A DNA stretch of 64,000 nucleotides, from positions 62,001 through 126,000 of the forward strand of contig NW_003314438.1 of NCBI RefSeq assembly GCF_000143415.4, written 5' to 3'. The DNA comes from Selaginella moellendorffii. Taxonomy: Eukaryota; Plantae; Lycopodiophyta. Each line of letters begins with the position of its first letter. The stretch's first letter is position 1. The notes beneath the pieces are model-generated. The model made no database searches. It was not told the DNA's origin and saw only the letters and a program-made list of their open reading frames with translations. Positions 24,201 to 35,000 of the stretch are shown in pieces. Made by a program: the position numbers and the translations under genes.

Positions 24201-26738
24201 TCTTGGTGAAACCAGAGTTAGTGAAGTTGGTTTCTTGTGATCCCGCATCTGATTGTGATGTCCCTTTGCAGTGTCGATGGAAAGGTCAATGCACACCAAA
24301 CTGTAGAATCTTGGAGCAAAATAACGGTCGGATCTATGGCAAATGCCCCTGAAACATTGTAAGGCTCGTGTGGTCGCATGTGGTGTCCGATCGAGATGCT
24401 TCTTTGCAGGGTCATCAAGAAGGACATTGTATACCATTCTGTAAAATCTAGTTGCGATCTAACGGTTGGATCTCCAGAAAACTCAAAACAATCTCGCGCG
24501 TGTCAGAATATTCTAGGAATATACTCCTATGTGCTCCTGAAAATGGCATGCGGCCCCACGCCATTCAAGAGATAACGCCAAATGACGCCGAGCATTTTTT
24601 GGTGCATTTTTTGGGATCAAAATTGCATGAGCCCACATGCTTGAACGTCATCCTCTGACAATTTATTTAGCTGAACATCTGGCATTTTTGGAAATATAAG
24701 ATGCTTTGGAATATCCAATCATGCATGGTATAAATATAGCGAGGGTATTAAATGATATCCCAATCATGATCTTTCTTTTGGATTTCGCGTGCATGCAGTC
24801 CGAGGAATGATGACGTTGCGGATTTCTTTTGGATTTCACGCATGCGCGCGCTGATCCAGAAATTAATGGTGGCGCCCAAGTCCGAGAAATGATGACGTGG
24901 CGGGATTACCAACCGTCGTGACATTTCGCGCGTGTGAGGTTAGGTTTTGCATTTTGCTTCGTACTCGCGCTCGCACACTCGCGCTCGCATCGCGCTCCCA
25001 CTCGCGCTCCCACTTCTCTACAGGTTTCTCGTGTGCATCGGCGTCCACTCGCGCTTGCATCACACTCGCGCTCGCATCGCGCTCGTGTGCATCGGCGTCC
25101 ACTTCAAGACACACCCAGTTTGTAACTTCGCCGCCAACTCCGCCGCCAACTCCGCCGCCCACTCCGCCACCCACACGCAGCCCACTTGGCGTCTCGGGAG
25201 ATTTCAGCGCCACTCTCCAACTGTAAGTGGCAGAGTAGCCTTGCTGCTACGATCCGCTGCACACACAGTGCACATTCGCCAGCGAGTCCGGTTGTCACGC
25301 CTCCATTCGGCTTCAAATGGTAAGTCTTTTAGGCCAAGTAGAAAATGGCATGAGGCCACATGCCATTCAGTAGCAACATTGGCATGCACCGATTGGGCTC
25401 TCGAGTGCAGTCCGGTTACAGATGGCGTGTAGCCTCACGCCATCTTAGGATGCAGCCTCAAGACATCTGATGCAGTGGTGAATGGCGTGTGGCCTCACGT
25501 TATTTCCAGCTACTAGCTTTTCATCTGTCAGCTCTAATTGTTGTGCATTTCTGAACAGGCGAGGAATTGCGTTCTTCTTCCAGCCACTGTCAATGTGGAT
25601 GCAGAGAAGGGGGAGGAGCTCACCAGTTGGACTTTCGGGATGGAAGGCGAGGATCTGAGGCTATACAACACAGATGGTGGGAGAAAAGAATGCATGGGGA
25701 TCCTCATCCAAGTGACAGACACTCCATGCAGTTCCATGCAAGAATATGGACTGGCACTTGTGGTAGAGACAGCGTCTGCCTTCAAGATCCACCTTGCACA
25801 TCCTAGCGGCTTCCCGGAGGGGGGCAGCGGCTATGAGGAATTCCTAGAGGGAGCTAGGGAGAGGTTGTCCAGGAGGCCCACAATTTCAAAGACGCTGCGG
25901 GTCTATGAAGATCACATGGAATCCACGGACCTCACCTACGGCGATGTTCAAAAACTATATTCCAACATTGAGCCGTTGAGAGTGACTCCAGTTCGCGAAG
26001 CAAAGGGGAAGGGGTCAATCTGGAAACTACCTCGAAGCAGAAAAGGGTGGTCAAGCTCAAGCCGACGTCTGACTCTCCTGCTCCAAAAAAGAAGCTACTC
26101 AGTGATGCCATTACCTCGGGTTCGAACACTACACCCACCAAAAAGAAGAACCGCAAAGAGCAGAAAGAGCAAGAAGAGGCAGCAAAAATCGTCGCAGATA
26201 ATAGTACTTGTTACTATTCCAACAAAGTATATACAATCGACGTGAGCCGTATCGACATCCAAAGCAAATACAACCACAGGCTAGTATCTGATGAGTGGGT
26301 GGAGAAATTGAAGCAGAAGATGCTGGCAAGTCCAGTAACACCCGACATCGCAGACGTGATCCCCTACTACCAAAAAATGAAGGGCGAGATGAGGTTTCCA
26401 GACTTGATCAATAGGAAGGTGTTGGACGATCAGAACATCCGGTTCTATGCCGTCTCCGGGCAGCATTCTAGCTTGGCGATGCAAGAGATAGTTGTGGATA
26501 TTATGGTGGGCGAGGAGGTGAAGAAAGTCTTCAAGACAAGAGTTGTCCGCCTGATAAAAGGCAACTCGCCCCTCCGATCTATCATATACATCTCCCACGC
26601 GCAGAATGTCAAGCAAGAAACGTGCTACAAATCGGGTCTGCACGAGACATTGGCACGAACACGGAAGCTCTGGGTTCAACTGAAGAAGCCACAAAAACCA
26701 GGACAAGGACGTGCACTAGCAACTAGCGCCTGGCAGGT
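20234..26738. repeat. 3.3-kb tandem duplication (20234-23512 / 23513-26738)
   Basis: At 23513 the cargo-gene sequence (…TGGCAGGT) jumps back to TGTCCGATCGAGATGC, seen first at 20234. The two copies are near-identical. Confidence 0.92.
22090..23510 (+). pseudogene. Cargo gene, first copy: ParB/Srx-like N-terminal part only, truncated by the duplication breakpoint
   Basis: ATG 22090-22092, intron 22093-22331 (GTAAGT...CAG), open exon 22332-23510. Contains IDVSRIDI..NHR, FYAVSGQHS and ISHAQN. Confidence 0.75.
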
Positions 26739-29700
26739 AAGCCTCGTTGTATGTGGCATAGCATGTGGCCTCACGCCATTTCCATTGCAGGAATTCTCGA
26801 GTCTTCTCTCGAAACCACTGGGGGTCAATGACACACTCAGCATCCATAACATTCTACTCGCGACAAAAGTTGTTTTTGACAAATGGGTAGATGTGCTGAG
26901 GAGGTACCATGACGGGGAGTTGCCAAACTCAATGGGTGTGGAGGACGGCCGGAAGCCCAATGATTTGAAGCTCAACGCCTTGCGTTTCTCGTGGTCTCTA
27001 GACGACGACGACCTTCTGACAGTGGCTAATGCTCTTCTACGTGGTGAGGTTGTCTTCAACAAGACCAAAATGACTCCCGGCCATATTGTGACATACGAGG
27101 ACTTGTGCACGACTCTGAGAGCTCGTGCGCTATTGAAGGATTGGATCTTCGAGCAAGTGGCCGTGGAGAGGGTGAGCATCGACACCACGCAAGAGATGAT
27201 GGAAGCGCTGGAGTTGTCAAATGAAGACATCGACGAGTACGTGAAGGGGGCCCCCAAGTTCATCGATCTGCTGCGGGATGCCATGAAAAGTAAAGCTGAG
27301 AAGTTGGATCAGTATCCAAATTTCATTAAGATTGATGTCGACCGCCGGCTTCAGAAACAGCTCGACCCCACAGCAGAGGCCTATCGAGAACCTTACCGGG
27401 TATACTTGAATTCGGATGAGGATCAAAGGTGGAGGAGCATCGTTTCCCGCGGAGATGAGCAGGTCAAGAACATCTTTTGTGTGATGGACTTCACAAACGA
27501 GGAGATCACTCATGCAGACGAAGTCAGCTCCATCATTGACTTAATGGTGGGACTTGCGGAGGTGGAATCTTCAGTCCACTATATGATCTACGACTCCGAA
27601 TCCTATCACAAGTTCTGGAAGGCCTTGAATGAGGTGAAGGCTCGGTTGAAAGGCAAGGAGATGCGGGAGATCCATGGGATAATGGCTAAGAAGAAGATAC
27701 CGACGAATGTCCGCATCTTCACACTCGCCCTTGTTATTGGTCCTGCAGCAGAGTGGGACTGGAGTGACTTCCCAGCTTCGTTCGACAAGGCCAATCGAAT
27801 TGATCTGAGGGAGGTCAATTTACCCGTGCCTGAGGAACTGAAGACGGCTATGGAGCTTTCGAATCCAAAGAAAGCTCCAGGTGCAGCATGGGAAATGCTC
27901 AGCTAGGTCTTCAACGCAATAGCGGGTGGGTCACCTGCTTCCGACTCCAAGGGCAAATGCGTTGTCGAGTACAACTGCGGCGGACTATTCTTTCGAGCCG
28001 CACTACTCAAGGGTGTCCCGTGTGTTGCGGTGACAAACTCCATTGAAGAGGTGACTTCAATGGAGCATATAATTACAGTTGCCAAAGAAAAATAGTATCT
28101 TCTCTGCGAACCTGGTGAGTACGCACTTTAAGTTTAAATGTTATCTCACAAGCTCTGTATGCAGGAGCGTGGCCACCCCCAGATGCTGAAACGGCGTTAA
28201 CAGCTACTGTTGAAGATACCCATGTTGGGCCGAGCTCACAACCTGCACAAGGTAAGGTCACGTGAGGCCTCACGCCATTTTGATTATAGATCGTTGTGAA
28301 TATTCAGACACGAGGACTGAAAAGCGCACTGGTGGCGCATCGAAGAAGGACAAACAGAAAAGCAATAGGAAAAAAGGAGGTACAAATTATATTTGCAATG
28401 GCGTGTGGTCTCATGCCATTCCTTGCAGGAGAAACTTCTTCAAAGGCAAAACAAGCAAGCACCAGCCAAGCTCAAACTGACAGTGGTCATAAAAAGCGAA
28501 AGCACGTTGGACAGTCGTCGAGATCAGAGGCGTTTGATTCGAAAAGGAAGAAGGGCAACGAAAAGATGATAGGTAATGCCTCGCGGTTATGGCGTGTGTG
28601 CTCATGCCATTCATTGCAGATCAAGGGCTGAGTGAAAGCAGGCAATCACCACCTCATGACTCAGATTCCTATGGCGGACTCCCCTTCCCCAATCTCAATG
28701 GAGAGGTACAATGGATGAGGGAAGCTTTTCAAGGCAGGGCCACGTTTTTCTCATCTCGTCGTCTTCGAAGGGTGCAAGAACGTGCAGAAACCATGTTAAG
28801 ACAGTCGGGTGAGGATACGGTCCTAGGTCACGCACTAAAACAGGCTATGGATGTCTTGTATTTTGAGATGGAGACTCGGCCAGATGATTTTCCCAAGATG
28901 GTCCTGGAAGAACAAGCCATCCAGCCTGAGCAGCCTATGGAAGAAATGCAGGAGGGGGATGAGGAGCCAGAGAAAGATAATGAGCAGGAAGAGCAGAAGG
29001 ACGAAGAGGAGGACAAAGAAGAGGAGGACGAAGAAGAGGAGGACGAAGAGGACTTGGATGGTCCTCACAATGGTGACGATCACAATAACGACGACGACGA
29101 TGATGACGACGATGGCCAGCCTGAGGTGGCCAAAGAGCGGCGGAGGAAGGTCATACAAGACAAACCATCAGGTAAATAATAATACATCCATTCCTAACCT
29201 TTTACCATATCTAACATTGTCCATGTAGGTCGCAGAGCAAATGGTAAGTAGAGATTATTCAGTTGAATTTACAAACTCTAGCCTTTAGTGTCGAGGAAGG
29301 ATAGTGCCAAGCAAGGGTCGAAACGTATGTCCAATCCTTCAGAATCAACAGTGCGCTCAAGTGATATCGGTCCTAGTTCCTCAATAGCAGTTGATGGTAA
29401 ATACAGTATAGTCGATTCAATGTGCTAATGAGTTTGTTTTTAGTAGCACGGGAGGATACCATCTCAATCGAAGGGAGATATTTGGACATGCATATGGATC
29501 CGCCAGTGGACTCTACTTGGCTGCAAGAGTCATCAGAGCTGGTGGAGGCTACTATCCATATCAACGCCAAGCAAGCTGACCACGCTCCACTTGATGCTGC
29601 CCATACCACTGAGTCAATCTTGTCCACGTATCCAACTGACGGTGACCAAGCGCCATTGGACCCACATGAGGCCGCCCCAGCCGCCAAGCCGGTCGTATCC

Positions 29701-30938
29701 TCATTTCCAACGGACTCAATGTGTGCCCAATCGTCTGACTACGCGCCGTTGGAACCTCCCTACACCGCCCCTGCTGCCTGTTCGGTCATGTCCACTTTGG
29801 CAACGGAGGCACCAGCTGAAATGGCGTGTGATCACACGCCATCGGAACCACCCCATGCCACTGTTGAGCCAGTTGTACCAGAGTCTACAGCTGAAATGGC
29901 ATGTGCCCACACGCCATCGGATGCGATTGACCCCACATTGCAGAGGAGAGTATTTCCGCCCTTCACGTTTCCTCGACCAAAACCCTCTCAACGACCATCG
30001 GGAGCAACATTCGCTAATATTGTAGATGGTAAAATTGACTTGTACCATTTTTTATGCTGACGCATTTCATTTCAGAGTCACGGCGAAGGTACTGTATCGT
30101 TTTTGATCTGAACGGTGTCCTTTTCTCCCATGAGCGTGGCTCGTCCTCGAATGTCATTGCACCCTCCAAAGCCTGCGGTCGCAAGTTGGTCAAAAGAGAC
30201 AGATTCACATTAATCACATGGGAGAAACTGCGGGATCTAATAATGACCATGCGACACTTAAAACAGAGGGCCGGGTTCAATTTGCAATTGGGAGTTTGGA
30301 CATCCATGATGCGCCACAATGCATTAACGTTGCTACAGATGATGCACGATCAGACGCGAGTAATATTACCATTTGACTTTCTCCTAACGCAGGAGGATTG
30401 CTTGACTATGGTCCATGTGAGGGGTAGCAAGCCCATCTTCGTCAAGCCAGAGGCTGTAGTGATGAACCGGACTGCTAGCTCAAGTGAAATCCTCATCATC
30501 GATGACTCGCCGATTAAAACTGCAGCGAACACGCACACATATGCAGTGCACCCCATCTCTTGCAGTATGGAAACTAGGGAGAAGAAACCGTATGTTCTGG
30601 GGGACCTTGCAAAACGGCTTGGAGCGATGGTGATAGAGAACCGGCCAGTCCAGGAGGTGGCTGCAGAAATCAACCAAATGGCAGATGGAACGGTATATCA
30701 GAAGCCATTTGATCGGACAGACACCAGTCATCATTTATGGCATGTATATTGTCTAGCCAAGCACTATCCGCATCTCCATAATCTGCTCAATCGGATGGGT
30801 TCTTCGACCACTGAACATGAGCGTGGACGTATTAGAGAAGAGATGGCATTACTATTGGGTTTAAATCCTGATAGTGTGGAGAGTGATGAAATTCCAAGAT
30901 TATTGTATAGGCGTTGGAGGCAAAAAATAACAGTCTGA
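25317..30938 (+). pseudogene. Cargo gene, full-length copy: ParB/Srx-like + degenerate methyltransferase-like + basic/acidic/Pro-rich linker + FCP1/NIF HAD phosphatase; disrupted in this copy
   Basis: ATG 25317. GT-AG introns at 25320-25558, 26737-26790, 28115-28164, 28252-28307, 28380-28428, 28573-28619, 29172-29228 and 30029-30075; exon structure 29244-29445 is uncertain. 1-bp deletion at ~26014 relative to copy 1 and in-frame TAG at 27904 and 28093. Confidence 0.72.
30076..30938 (+). CDS. Last exon of the cargo gene: HAD-superfamily FCP1/SCP (NIF)-like phosphatase domain
   Basis: HAD motifs CIVFDLNGVL (I), GVWTS (II), LTQEDC..FVKP (III) and ILIIDDSPIK (IV). Splices in frame to the upstream Pro-rich exon (GAT G|AG TCA). 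Confidence 0.8.
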
Positions 30939-31354
30939 GATGGCATGTATTTATTTAAAAATGTAACTTATTATGGCATGGGGTTCCATGCCATTGTCTA
31001 ATATTAAAAGACAATTCTTTGAGAGGATTTGCATTATACTAGAAGTGTTACAGCATGTTATGGAAGTCTACGAAGTTGTTTTATTAATAATGGGAAAGTA
31101 AAGATTGAATGGGGACTTGGGCTCCACCTAGACTCGGAGCAACTGAGCCAATATTAAAAGGATGGAAAGAAATTGGACGACGATGACAAGGAGAAGAGAG
31201 AGGTGAAGCAGTGGCAGAGGGAGGAGAAGTGATTGAGTAGACATTTCCTTGTTTAAAATAAAATGGCATGTGCCTCAATGCAGTTGAATTTTGTTATATT
31301 TATATACTATATAAAGGTTTGGAAACCTTATTTTACAAGTGGGATAATGACAAT

Positions 31355-31378
31355 TCCCACTTTAACGAAATAGAGCTT
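31355..31378 (-). repeat. Right terminal inverted repeat
   Basis: TCCCACTTTAACGAAATAGAGCTT followed by the TSD ATTA. Confidence 0.93.
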
Positions 31379-31399
31379 ATTAGCATTCAAATAAATTGA

Positions 31400-34300
31400 G
31401 TGGCAAGTTGAGTTAGTTGTATTTGAGATGAAATTTTTTAATAGGGCTTGAGTTTTAGTTATTTCTTGAAAAGTGACTTTGTCATAGACTATACTAGCTT
31501 TGCAAAAGGAAAAATTAGTGATTAATTGGATTTGTTGAATCTTTAGGGTTTGAATTGAGGTATAATAATCATTAATGATTTTTATTACTCTTGCTATAAA
31601 GTGAGTTATGTCTTGCTATGGATAAGGGGATTTAAAAAAGATTTTTTGATAATCACTTGTTAGGCATAGTTTCATTATGCTTAATTTTTGGATTAATGTA
31701 AACATACTTTTCATTAGCTTTTGCATTATAAAATTTAGCATATAGATGTATTAAAAAGGATATTGTGGGTTGTACCATGATTTCTTCTATAGCATTAAAG
31801 TTAATTTATGTGAGATTTGTGATCATTATTATGTGAGACTTGGTTATATGATTCTTCAAGCTTTTGGTTCTTTAAATTCTTATGCTCATTGTTTCATTTA
31901 CTAGGAGTTGTTAGAAAGGCATTTTGGCTTATTAGATTTGATATTAGAGTTAATGTTTGCATCTAGCAATCATTAGTAATGATTGATGTGGATTATATAT
32001 TTGATGATGATTATGCATCTCTTTATTGATGAGATGATTAATGATCTTTAATGATGGTTAGATATTTTTTTAATGGTTTTTGGCTTTCTGCATTACTATA
32101 GAGAAAATCTTTGGATGAAATCACCTAAAATCACCATCCAAAAAATATCACCAATTGATAGATTAGGATGTTATTTCTTTCAGGTGATATATTTGTCAAC
32201 ATTTTACTTATTTATCAATTATACTTTATATTCTTTTAGTTTTTTTTCATAAGTTTGGCATACCATCTACAATCTTTGATAGTTAAGTTTTATCATTAAG
32301 TGTTCTTGATGGTACACTTGCTATTGAATTTTTTTGGATGGTTAATCATATGTCTTCTAATTATGATGATCTTGGTGGTTCCTCTACTATATTAGTTTAT
32401 CAGATAATAACTTGATTGGAATACTCTTGTGTTTAAGATATCATTATCTATGACTTTGATATTGTTTATCTCTTGATCTTTAGGTTTGGGCTAGTAAAGG
32501 CAGACTAGCTTTAGTACTTCATGTGCATTGTGAAATTTCTAATCATGGGATACATATAACCCACCTCTCTTTTGATGTTCCTTATTTTGTTAAAAGGGTG
32601 TGATTGTGTAAACAAGCCTAACTATCTACTTATAATAATCTATCTAAACCTTATCAACAGGTTTAGTTTGTTCTCTCAGAAGGGTTGGGGCCTCTAAATT
32701 TTCTCTCTATATCCCCTATAGGCAACTGGGTGACACCCAAAGTAGCAAAGATGGCTAACTCCATTTGTTATTTCGTTGTCAATGACAATCGAAACATGTC
32801 TAAGTTGTAGCACATTTTCATTTGAAAGAAAGGTTGCCCCTAACTCATTTAAATTGGTGCATTTTTCACAAATTGTGAACACTATAAAATTTTTCTAAAG
32901 TTGTTTCCTTGACAATAATCTAGACTAGAGTATGCATTGACAAAGACATTAATCTTCCCTAAGGAGGGGAGAGTGTTATGAATGTAATTGCAAGTATCAA
33001 AAGTTACATGTCAATGAGTCCTTTCAGATATTTTTTCTTTATTATTACAATGGCAAGAGATCAGTATTGCTAGACCCTTTATTAGTCTCGACCTAAATTA
33101 ATTAAGAAACTAATAATCACATATGCACTTAGACCAAAAAGGTACTAAAGGAGGAAATCCTAAGTTGTTATTTAGTCAAACATATTTGACATGGATAGGT
33201 AAGTAACCAAAGGAAACAACTCAAAGAGACAATTTATAAAATTTAAATATAAAGGGAAAGGGCTTATGAATAAAAATACAACCTCTTTTTCAATTGATTA
33301 AAGGTCTTAGGATATTTGGAGTTAAGTGTCTTTGAGTTTGAGTAGTACCCAAGAAGTCTAGATTTAAAAACTTATAGCTTATACCATATGTAATCATGGG
33401 ATGAGATTTGGACTTTAAAGGATAAATGGGGAAATGGGGATAAAATTGCCACTAAAAACTCTCTCATCAAGCAATTTCCCATTTTCCAGTTGGCTTAAAA
33501 GGAGAGAGATAAAGTGTGTTACATATGATATTGAAATAAATAGTACAAATTTGATTCTCATTGATTACTGGCTATCTAAAATATAATACATTCTTAAGTA
33601 AGGTATATTCCTTAAAATTGAAATCATATATATTAGGCATTCATGAGTATTTTTATGTATTTTTTGTTCCCCTTAGTTTAGTAAGGGTTGTTAATTAATT
33701 GTTAACAAGGACATTAAAATCTCTAGATAGGGGGCAGGGGGGGGGGAGGGGGTGGGCGGGAGGCAATGAGTATAATACATGTAATCATGGGATGATATTT
33801 CAATATATTGTTATCGTGAATCCTTGGAGGGGTGAGTGTAACACATATATAATCATATTACCATAGATCTGTAGAACTTTGGGGGATAAATGAAAATAAA
33901 ATAGCTATTAATGGCTCTCTTTTCTAATTGACTTAAGAGGAAAGAAATAGAATGCAATACAATGATGATGAAAAATTTATATTATTGACTTGTACTTCTT
34001 AGTGTTAGGAACCTTTGTGATATTAAGTTTAGTCCCTCAATACTTGCCATATAGTAACTTACTATATTCACCAAAACACTCTAGTTATTATACCCTATAT
34101 GTTAGTTCCTTTTAGCCCCTCTTGCTATTTTTGGATAGTGTTTAGATATGCTAGTGAGGCATATCTATGGAATGTAAAAATTATCTTAAATATAATGGTG
34201 TTATTCTTGCATCAAATTCTTGCATCAAAATTCATAATTTAACAACATCTAACACCATTCCATATTTAATAAGTTTTTATAGTTGTCCTAGAGACTAACT

Positions 34301-35000
34301 CTAAAGACTAGAGTGAAAGCCCAAAGGATTTGTGTTTTTTTAGGGGGGGGAGGGGGGGGGGCAATTGTGTAGGGGTTCCAAATGTATAGTAGGGATAGTG
34401 GGTTGGCTATGGTAAACCAATTTTAGGTATAGTTTAACTTTTGTTTGCATGCTTATCCTTCTTTTATATTCAGCTTGGGTATAAACCCCAAACTCCATAT
34501 TATGTTAGCTAGTGGAGTATTCATATCCTCACATTACGCCATTGGTATATTGAAATTGTACCAAACTTCATTTGGCTCTATTTTGTATATTGGTTTTGGC
34601 ATTGGAATGCTAAATGCTTTAAAATTATTCTAATATCATTTTATGCTCTTGTCCCTTTGCTTCTTGGGTTATATGCTTGAGAGTTGCTCTATACTCTTAT
34701 CTCTTTGCTCCTTAGCTTTAGATTTATGAGTCACTCTGTGTTCCTATCCCTTTACTCTTTAGGGTATACACTCAAAAATTGTACTATGTTTTGCTTCTTT
34801 TACTCCTTGGCTATATGCTTAGGAGTTTAACTCTATCCTTTTGTTGTGGCCCAAAGACCTTAAAACTCAAGTTCTACTCTATTACATTTTGACACATGGC
34901 TAAAGGTTTGGGTTTTGCTTCATGGTTATCTTATAGTAAATTATTATAGAGTAAAGGGTGAAAATTATGTGTGCTACATCAACTTATGCATATATTTAAT
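31400..35000. mobile_element. Heavily decayed AT-rich retroelement debris
   Basis: No long ORFs. PPT-like tracts followed by TG, e.g. AAGGAGGGGAGAG-TGTTATG at ~32961. Confidence 0.45.
33198..33383 (+). mobile_element. Solo LTR of the Cassandra-like TRIM (C-box region deleted)
   Basis: Colinear with 14639-14838: GTAAGTAACCAAAG...GTTAAGTGTCTTTGAGTTTGAGTAGTAC...AAGAAGTCTAG...GCTTATA. Confidence 0.72.

Larger units (their letters stand above)
15073..31284. repeat. Dispersed 22-bp palindrome family ATGGCRTG-N-GGCC-N-CAYGCCAT (~30 full or degenerate copies)
   Basis: Copy starts include 15073, 15389, 15442, 16781, 16838, 18675, 18745, 18843, 19458, 19530, 20434, 20506, 21264, 21343, 22118, 22195, 22255, 24543, 25345, 25422, 25482, 26758, 28257, 28398, 28589, 29821, 29896, 30973 and 31263. 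Confidence 0.92.
14847..31378. mobile_element. Complete 16.5-kb TIR DNA transposon, Sola1-like, carrying a transposase and a second cargo gene
   Basis: Perfect 24-bp TIR AAGCTCTATTTCGTTAAAGTGGGA (14847-14870; reverse complement 31355-31378) and 4-bp TSD ATTA (14843-14846, 31379-31382). Internal transposase ORF. A 4-bp AT-rich TSD fits the Sola superfamily. Confidence 0.88.

Noticed and set aside
27904-28095. Programmed readthrough or RNA editing of the two TAG codons in the cargo gene
   Set aside because: Simple transitions (CAG or TGG to TAG) explain them, and the same copy also has a frameshift.
15073-31284. Palindromic repeats as a CRISPR array or REP elements
   Set aside because: Spacing is irregular over 16 kb, there are no uniform spacers or cas genes, and the context is eukaryotic with spliceosomal introns.
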